Shown here piece after piece: positions 54,201 to 64,000 of a DNA stretch of 64,000 bases. Made by a program: the position numbers and the translations under genes. The stretch lies in NCBI GenBank assembly GCA_964016885.1, contig OZ024740.1, positions 396,304,001-396,368,000 on the forward strand, in the 5' to 3' direction. Source of the DNA: Eledone cirrhosa. Taxonomy: Eukaryota. Positions within the stretch are counted from its first letter, which is position 1. The number at the start of each line of letters is the position of its first letter. The notes under the pieces were generated by a model. It saw only the letters and a program-made list of their open reading frames with translations. It was not told the origin of the DNA and made no database searches.

Positions 54201-55398
54201 ATCCTTAAGTTCGTCTGGCAGCCCCGATTGGGGTGCGTAAGCTGATATTATTGTGGTAATTGTCTTATTCAGGACTAGTCTGAGTTTAATGATTCTTGCA
54301 TTTACCCTGTACACTGAGATTACTTTATCTACCCACTTGTCAGCTAATAGTATACCTACACCACCCATCCCATCGTCATTTCCCACCCAGAAAAATTTCT
54401 AGCACTGGCTTTTTCCTACAAGGACTCTAGCAGACCCTCCTCTCCATCTAGTCTCTTGCACACAGCATACATCAACTTCCTTTCGCTCTAGCATTTCTAC
54501 GATTTCTCCTGCTCTTCCTTTCATTGAGCCTACATTGATGGTACCAACTCGGAATTTTGGGCATTTGTCGACACTCGTAGGGGAGGGTCTCTGGGTTGGC
54601 GCTTCACGTGGGTGCTTGGTAGCTCGCAGATTCATATTTCATCTATTGATTCAGAGTTGCTCGTGTATTCCCAGCTCATCCATCCATAACGGTGGGAAAA
54701 TTGAGGGCTAGAAGAACAGTGGTGGTGGGGTAATGGCAGGGTGTGTTGGGATGCGCCAGAGGAGGAGAGAGTTAGTTAGGCAGGTAGTAGCAGCAGCAGT
54801 GGAAATGGCATGCTAGGTTTGATTGGTCGAATAGGCTATGGTGGTGTGTGGGGGTGGGGGGGAGGGAAATTGTGAGGTAGGAACTGAGGGTCGCATGGTA
54901 AATATCCAAGTTAATACTACATCAGTAAAATTAACAATAATAACGTCATGAAAAAACTACTAAGAGAAACCCTCGAAAATTTATCGCTAATACAGCAGGG
55001 AAAATTTAACGCTAATACAGCAGGGAACATCATAATATTAACGACAATATGTAGGCTAAAATACCTTCGTAGATTAGATGGATGGCTGGAAAAATTGGAA
55101 TCAGCTCTAGTGATACATTTTAGCAGAGAAGAATGGGAAAGTGTCTTATCTCTTCAATATTTTCAGATTGAATGAATTAGGTTAAAGACAGGGTAGTAAG
55201 CCTTAAAGAAGTGCATAGAGAGGGGGGGGGGGTAGGAACTGAGGGTCGCATGGTAAATAACTGAGAGAGATACAATAGGATTAGAATACCGCATGGTATA
55301 TATCCAAGTTAATAAGTTAATACTACATCAGTAAAATTAACAATAATAACGTCATGAAAAAACTACTAAGAGAAACCCTCGAAAATTTAACGCTAATA
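51225..55398 (-). mobile_element. RTE-clade LINE family B, apparently full length, ORF disrupted by frameshifts
   Basis: ORF pieces 54399-54635, 53355-54386, 52883-53419 and 51520-52875 give APE-RT-PHD; (CAT)n tail at left; 5' region with duplicated segment, boundary approximate. Confidence 0.93.
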
Positions 55399-55404
55399 CA
55401 CATA

Positions 55405-55438
<34 letters not shown>

Positions 55439-55801
55439 CACATATATATATATATACACACACACATATATATATACACACACACACACACACATATATA
55501 CACACACACACACACACATATATACACACACACACACACACATATATACACACACACACACACACATATATATACACACACACACACACACATATATATA
55601 CACACACACACACACACACATATATATACACACACACACACACATATATATATACACACACACACACACACATATATACACACACATATATATACACACA
55701 CACACACATATATATACACACATATATATACACACACACACACATATATATACACATATATATACACACACACACACATATATATACACACACACACATA
55801 T

Positions 55802-55857
<56 letters not shown>

Positions 55858-55858
55858 G

Positions 55859-55893
<35 letters not shown>

Positions 55894-55972
55894 CCACACA
55901 CACACCCACACATATATATACACACATATACATACATATATACACACATATATAAATATATATATACACATA
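55399..55972. repeat. (CA)n/(TA)n microsatellite
   Basis: Direct inspection. Confidence 0.98.
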
Positions 55973-58345
55973 TTCAAGCATGTTCTACAACGTGAGGACC
56001 AAAAACGTGAGGTGTTCAGAATTGCCAGGCAATGTGTCAAGGAAAACCGTGATATTGTCGGGGAGAAGTGTGTGCTTAACGATGATGGCATACTTGCCAT
56101 CACCGACGCTGATAAGAAGGTAGCTTGGAAGTGTCACTACGAAAGGCTTCTAAATGAGGAGAACAAATGGGAGAAAGACAGTCTCCCCCACATCGACCAG
56201 CAGTGTTAGTCCAGGGTAGTACAATAAGCAAGGCAATCAAAGATATGAAGACGGGTAAGGCGGCTGGTCCTTCGGAAATAGTTGCTGAGATGCTGAAGGC
56301 ATCTGGTTGGGTGGGACACACCATGGTCACCCGGATAGTTAACCAAGTCGTACAGAATGGGGTTGTTCCGAAGGACTGGCGTAGCAGCATCATCGTTAAC
56401 TGCTATAAGGGAAAAGGAGATGCTCTAGATAGGAGTAACTATAGAGTCATTAAATTAATCGACCAGGTCATGAAGGTCACGGAAAAAGTAATAGCGCAAC
56501 TAATCAGAGAGAGAATTGATCTAGATGAAATGCAGTTCGGATTTGTGTCAGGCAAAAGTACCACAGACGCTCTTTTCATTGTACGACAACTACAGGAGAA
56601 GTACCTAGCTAAAAGTAAACCCCTATACTTAGCTTTCGTCGACTTGGAGAAAGCCTTCGACAGAGTCCCCCGTTCCATTATCCGGTGGTCTCTTAGAAAA
56701 CTAGGTGTTGACGAATGGCTTGTGAGAGCTATACAAGCCATGTATAAAGAAACAGTCAGTAAGGTTAGAATTAACAACGAATATAGTGAAGAGTTTAGCG
56801 TAAAAGTTGGTGTCCATCAGGGCTCTGTTCTTAGCCCCCTACTATTTATTATTGCCCTTCAGGCTATAACAGAGGAGTTCAAGACCGGCTGCCCATGGGA
56901 ACTCCTATACGCAGATGATCTAACGCTCATAGCTGAATCAATGACCGAACTAGAGAAGAAATTCCAAACATGGAAGCACGGCCTAGAATCAAAAGGCCTT
57001 CAAATTAACCTGGCTAAGACAAAAGTTCTAGTTTGTAGGAAAGAAAATATGGCGGCAGTCCCATCTGGGAAATGGCCATGCTCAGTGTGTAGGAACGGCG
57101 TAGGTAGAAACTCCATTTTATGTCCCAAATGCAAAGTATGGGTGCATAAAAGATGTAGTGGGATCACAGGTAAGCTAACTAAGAACATAGATTTTACATG
57201 TGGCCGGTGCTCTGGTGCAATAAGTAGCAGCAAGTGCCCACAAAATACTAGCTCCTTCAACTGCGCAGAGGGTTCTATAGAAATAGTGGACAGCTTCCTT
57301 ACCTGGGTGACAAAATCAGCAGTGGGGGAGGGTGCTCTGAAAGTACAGTAGCTAGAGTCAGAACTGGATGGAAAAAGTTCAGAGAGCTTATACCACTATT
57401 AGCCGCTAGAGGGTTCTCCCTAAAAATGAAAGGCAGGTTATACGATGCCTGCATACGAACAGCAATGCTGCATGGCAGTGAGACCTGGGCATTGTGTGCA
57501 GAGGATATACGCAGACTAGAGAGGAACGAAGCTTGCATGCTCCGCTGGATGTGCAATAGTAATATACGTGAACGGCAAAGCAGAAACGAACTAAGGAAAA
57601 AAATTAGAAATAAGAGGGATCAGATGTTGTTTACTCGAGAGAAGGCTACGTTGGTACGGTCACGTGATGCGCATGAAAGACGACAACTGTATAACAAAGT
57701 GCAGGGCAATAAAGATAGACGGTAGCCACGGAGTAGGCAGACCCAGAAAAACATGGGACGAGCTGATAAATTCCGACCTCACACGCCTACACCTCTCCAA
57801 GACAATGTCACTGGACCGAGACCTTTGGCGGTACTCAGTAATAGAGAAGACACGCCTTACCTAAATACAAAGTAAAAACCTACTACAGTCAGTAGGCATC
57901 TCTATCAAAACACCCCCCCGTCCCACCACCTCCACCCCTTTCAATGTACAGTTATGTTAGTCCCACAACATCCAGGCCGAAACAAATGAGATCGTGTAGG
58001 TGTCACGACAAAAAATCACACAGTCCACGCTGTAAATGTGGCCGTGTAGGCAACACGGTAAAAACCTCCCAGCCCCACACTGTAAATGTGGTTGGTGTTA
58101 GGAAGGGCATCCAGCTGTAGAAAACCCGCCAGACAGTCCACGCTGTAATGTGGCCGTGTAGGCAACACGGTAAAAACCTCCCAGCCCCACACTGTAAATG
58201 TGGTTGGTGTTAGGAAGGGCATCCAACTGTAGAAAACCCGCCAGACAGTCCTATGCGAGCAAGACAACCACTCTTGCCTCAAGTGGGAAAACCCCCGTCC
58301 AAACCCATGCAAGCGTGGAACACGGACGCTAAACCTGATGATGAT
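55973..58345 (+). mobile_element. RTE family A, 5'-truncated, frameshifted copy with partially duplicated 3'UTR
   Basis: Homologous to 8714-11033; ORF pieces 56012-57864; ~114-bp 3'UTR segment duplicated within 58020-58250. Confidence 0.94.
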
Positions 58346-58421
58346 ACATATTTATATATATACATATATATACATACATATACATACATATACATATATA
58401 TACATACATACATATATATAC

Positions 58422-58457
<36 letters not shown>

Positions 58458-58689
58458 ACATACATATATATATATACATACATATATATACATATATATA
58501 TACATATACATACATATATATATATATACATATATATACATACATATATATACATATATATACATACATATATATATATATATATACATATATATACATA
58601 TATATATACATATATATATACATATATATACATACATATATATATATATATACATATATATACATATATATATACATATATATACATAC

Positions 58690-58722
<33 letters not shown>

Positions 58723-58929
58723 CATATATATATACATATATATATACATATATACACATACATATATATATATATATATATACATATATATATACATATA
58801 TATATACATATATACACATACATATATATATATATACATACATATATATATATATATATATACATACATACATACATATATATATATATACATATATATA
58901 CATACATATATATATATATATATACATAC

Positions 58930-58977
<48 letters not shown>

Positions 58978-58987
58978 ATACATATAC

Positions 58988-59064
<77 letters not shown>

Positions 59065-59237
59065 CATATATATACATACATATATATATATATACATATA
59101 CATACATACATACATACATATATATATATATACATATACATACATACATACATATATATATATACATACATACATACATATATATATATATACATATATA
59201 TACATACATATATATATATATACATATATATACATAC

Positions 59238-59314
<77 letters not shown>

Positions 59315-59456
59315 CATATATATACATACATATATATATATATATATACATATATATACATACATATATATATATATACATATATATACATACATATATA
59401 TATATATATATACATATATATACATATATACATATATATACATACATATATATATA

Positions 59457-59497
<41 letters not shown>

Positions 59498-60114
59498 ATA
59501 TATATACATACATATATATACATATATATATATATACATATACATACATATATATACATATACATACATATATACATACATATATACATATACATACATA
59601 TATATACATATACATACATATATACATATACATACATATATACATATACATACATATATACATATACATACATATATACATATACATACATATATATATA
59701 TATACATACATACATATACATATACATACATATATACATATACATACATATATACATACATATATACATACATATATACATACATATATACATATACATA
59801 CATATATACATACATATATACATACATATATACATATATACATACATACATACATACATACATATACATACATACATACATATACATACATACATACATA
59901 TATACATATATACATATATATACATACATATACATATACATATACACATACATATACACATATACATATACACATACATATATACATACATATACATATA
60001 TACATATACATATATATACATACATATACATATATATACATATATATACATATATATATATACATATACATATATACATATATATATACATATATATATA
60101 CATACATACATATA

Positions 60115-60150
<36 letters not shown>

Positions 60151-60281
60151 TATATATATACATACATATATACATATATATATATATACATACATATATA
60201 TATATATACATACATATATATATATATACATACATATATATATATATACATACATACATATATATATATATACATACATAC

Positions 60282-60314
<33 letters not shown>

Positions 60315-60378
60315 CATATATACATATATATATACATACATATATATATACATACATATATACATATATATATACATA
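58346..60378. repeat. (TACA)n/(TA)n microsatellite
   Basis: Direct inspection. Confidence 0.98.
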
Positions 60379-61894
60379 CATCATCATCATCATCATCACC
60401 GTTTTACGTCCGTTCTTCCACGCTAGCATGGGTTAGACGGGTTGTCCTGTTGTGGGCAGTGTCTGGTCGGCTGACCATGCCTTGCTCATACAGGAACTGA
60501 TCTGGCTTGATTTCTACAGCTGGATGCCCTTCCTAACACCAACCTCATTTACAGTGAGTGCTGGGTGCTTTTTCGTGGCGCCTACACGTCCACTTTACAG
60601 TGTGGGCTGGGTGCTTTTTTGCCGTGGCACCTCCACGACCACCTTGCGGTGGGGGGGGGGGGGGGCATATTGTTTATATGCTTCAGCATGTACCCATGGG
60701 AGGTCGGGTACCCTGTATTACTGCGTGACGCCAGAAGTCACGGTCGTGTGTCATTGACTTTGAGAGGTGTAGTTGGGTAAGGTCGGCTTTTATCACCTCA
60801 TCCCAAGTCATCTTGGGTCTCCCCACTCCGCGGTTTCCATCAACTTCTAGTGCTCTGCACCTTTTTATGCAGCTGTCATCCTTCATACGCATCACATGTC
60901 CATACCAGCGTAACCGCCTCTCCTGCACGCAGCATTTGATTCCTCTTATGCTCAGTCTCTCTCTCAATTCATTTATGCTTTGTCGTTCACGTATATTACT
61001 GTTACACATCCATCGGAGCATGCAGGCTTCGTTTCTCTCTAATCTACGTAAGTCTTCCACCTTCAGCGCCCAGGTCTCACTACCATGCAACATCGCTGTT
61101 CGGATACACGCATCATACAGTCTGCCTTTCATTCTGAGGGAGAAGCCTTTTGCAGCTAGCAGTGGTAGTAGTTCCCTAAACTTCTTCCATCCCGTTCTTA
61201 CCCTAGTTATTGTACTTTCTGAGCACCCACCTCCGTTGCTAATTCGGTCACCTAGGTAGCAGAAGCTGTCTACTGTTTCTACAGGGCCCTCCCAGAGATT
61301 GGTGGTACTTGTTTCCTGTGGCTGTTTGCTTGCTGTTTCAGCACAGCTGCTGCATGTGAATCCTACATTCTTAATTAAGCTTCCTGAGATCCCGCTACAT
61401 CTCTTGTGTACCCATTGTTTGCATTTGGGGCAAAGAATGGAGTTCCTACCTACACCTTTCCTACATACTGAGCAAGGCCATTTCCCTGAGGGGATCTGGG
61501 TTCTGTTTTCTCGTCTACTTATAAGGACCTTAGTCTTTGTCATGTTGACTTTGAGGCCCTTTCTCTCTAGTCCCTGCTTCCAGGTTTGGAATTTATTCTC
61601 TAGTTCTACCATAGATTCAGCTATGAGTGCGAGGTCATCAGCATACAGGAGTTCCCATGGGCATCCGGTCTTAAACTCCTCCGTTATTGCCTGCAGGACT
61701 ATGATGAACAGGAGAGGGCTAAGAACAGAGCCCTGGTGGACCCCAACCTGTACGCTAAATTCCTCGCTATACTCATTGCCAATCCTAACTTTGCTGACTG
61801 CTCCCCTATACATGGCTTGTACCGCTTTCACAAGCCATTCATCTACTCCTAGTTTTCTAAGAGCCCACCAGATTACTGCACGTGGAACTCTGTC
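60379..61894 (-). mobile_element. RTE family B, 5'-truncated copy
   Basis: Near-identical to 51225-52731. Confidence 0.95.
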
Positions 61895-61974
61895 ATATAT
61901 ATATATATACATATATATATACATACATATATATATACATACATATATATATATATACATATATATATACATAC

Positions 61975-62005
<31 letters not shown>

Positions 62006-62297
62006 CATATATACATATATATATACATATATACATATATACATATATATATACATATATATATACATATATATATATATACATATATATATATACATAT
62101 ATATATACATATATATATATACATATATATATATATACATATATATACATACATATATACATATATACATACATACATACATATATACATACATACATAC
62201 ATATATACATACATATATACATACATATATATACATATATACATACATATATATATATATACATATATACATACATATATATATATATACATATATA

Positions 62298-64000
62298 CAT
62301 CATCATCATCATCATCATCAACGTTTAACGTCCGTGTTCCACGCTTGCATGGGTTTGGACGGGGGTAGTCCCACTTGAGGCAAGAGTGATTGTCTTGCTC
62401 GCATAGGACTGTCTGGCAGGTTTTCTACAGTTGGATGCCCTTCCTAACACCAACCACATTTACAGTGTGGGTCTGGGAGGTTTTTACCGTGTTGCCTACA
62501 CGGCCACATTACAGCGTGGACTGTGTGTTTTTTTGTCGTGACACCTACACGATCTCATTTGTTTCGGCCCGGATGGCGCGGCACCAACATAACTTTACAT
62601 AGGACGGGGTGGTGGTGGTGGGACGGGGTGTATTTTGTTAGAGATGCCTACTGGCAAGGCGGGTCTTCTCTGTTACTGAGTACCGCCAAAGGTCTCGGTC
62701 CAGTGACATTGTCTTGGAGAGGTGTAAGTGTGTGAGGTCGGAGTTTATCAGCTCGTCCCAGGTTTTTCTAGGTCTGCCTATTCCGTGGCTACCGTCTATC
62801 TTTATTGCCCTGCACTTTGTTATACAGCTATCGACTTTCATGCGCATCACGTGTCCATACCAACGTAGCCTTCTCTCGAGTAAACAACATCTGATCCCTC
62901 TTATCTCTAATTTTTTCCTTAGTTCGTTTATGCTTTGCCGTTCACGTATATTACTGTTACACATCCAGCGGAGCATGCAAGCTTCGTTCCTCTCTAGTCT
63001 GCGTATATCCTCTGCACACAATGCCCAGGTCTCACTGCCATGCAACATTGCTGTTCGTATGCAGGCATCGTACAACCTGCCTTTCATTTTTAGGGAGAAC
63101 CCTTTAGCAGCTAATAGTGGTATAAGCTCTCTGAACTTTTTCCAACCAGTTCTGACTCTAGCTACAGTACTTTCAGAGCACCCTCCCCCACTGCTGATTT
63201 TATCGCCCAGGTAACGGAAGCTGTCCACTATTTCTATAGAACCCTCTGCGCAATTGAAAGAGCTAGTATTGTGTGGGCACTTGCTGCTACTTATTGCACC
63301 AGAACACCGGCCACATGTAAAATCTATGTTCTTAGTTAGCTTACCTGTGATCCCACTACATCTTTTATGCACCCATACTTTGCATTTAGGACACAAAATG
63401 GAGTTTCTACCTACGCCTTTCCTACACACCGAGCACGACCATTTCCCAGAAGGGACCGCCGCCTTGTTTTCTTTCCTACAAACTAGAACTTTGGTCTTAG
63501 CCAGGTTAATTTTAAGTCCTTTTGACTCTAGGCCGTGCTTCCATGTTTGGAATTTCTTCTCTAGCTCGGCCATTGATTCCGCTATGAGTGTCAGGTCGTC
63601 TGCGTATAGGAGTTCCCATGGGCAGCCTGTCTTGAACTCCTCTGTTATAGCCTGAAGGGCAATAATAAATAGTAGGGGGCTGAGAACAGAGCCCTGATGG
63701 ACGCCAACTTTTACGCTAAACTCTTCACTATATTCGTTGTTAATTCTAACCTTGCTGACTGTTTCTTTATACATGGCTTGTATAGCCCTCACAAGCCATT
63801 CGTCAACGCCTAGTTTTCTAAGAGCCCACCAGATAATGGAGCGGGGGACTCTGTCGAAGGCTTTCTCCAAGTCGACAAAAGCTAAGTAGAGGGGTTTACC
63901 TTTAGCTAGGTACTTCTCCTGTAGTTGTCGTACTATGAAAAGAGCGTCTGTGGTACTTTTGCCTGACACAAACCCGAACTGCATTTCATCTAGGTCAATT
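62298..64000 (-). mobile_element. RTE family A copy running off the window end (intact RT frame 62638-63984)
   Basis: ORF near-identical to the 3' half of 7643-10636; a short deletion removes the normal stop codon; (CAT)n tail. Confidence 0.95.

Overview
Eukaryotic (animal) repeat-saturated region with no recognisable host gene. The (TA)n/(TACA)n-rich matrix and the RTE-type 3' modules suggest a cephalopod (octopus-like) genome; this is inference only. About half of the window is strand-polarised TA/TACA microsatellite, with a 200-N gap. Inserted in it are three RTE LINE families (one near-intact APE-RT ORF with a PHD-type finger inside the RT), four ~600-bp bipartite non-autonomous RTE derivatives, three CR1-group LINE pieces and a Penelope-like (GIY-YIG) fragment with an inverted pLTR. 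The most notable signals are non-coding RNA structures. (1) A 311-bp tandem array (38706-42522) carries a type I hammerhead ribozyme in every unit and a Penelope-style 5' inversion, i.e. a retrozyme-like element. (2) An unrelated 485-nt, terminally redundant hammerhead element lies at 11101-11661. (3) A 334-bp hairpin (26365-26698) has ~33 arm substitutions that are all G-U wobbles, as expected for a selected hairpin RNA or a retro-copied A-to-I hyper-edited dsRNA. All long Y/I/H/M/C-rich ORFs in the ORF track are microsatellite artefacts.
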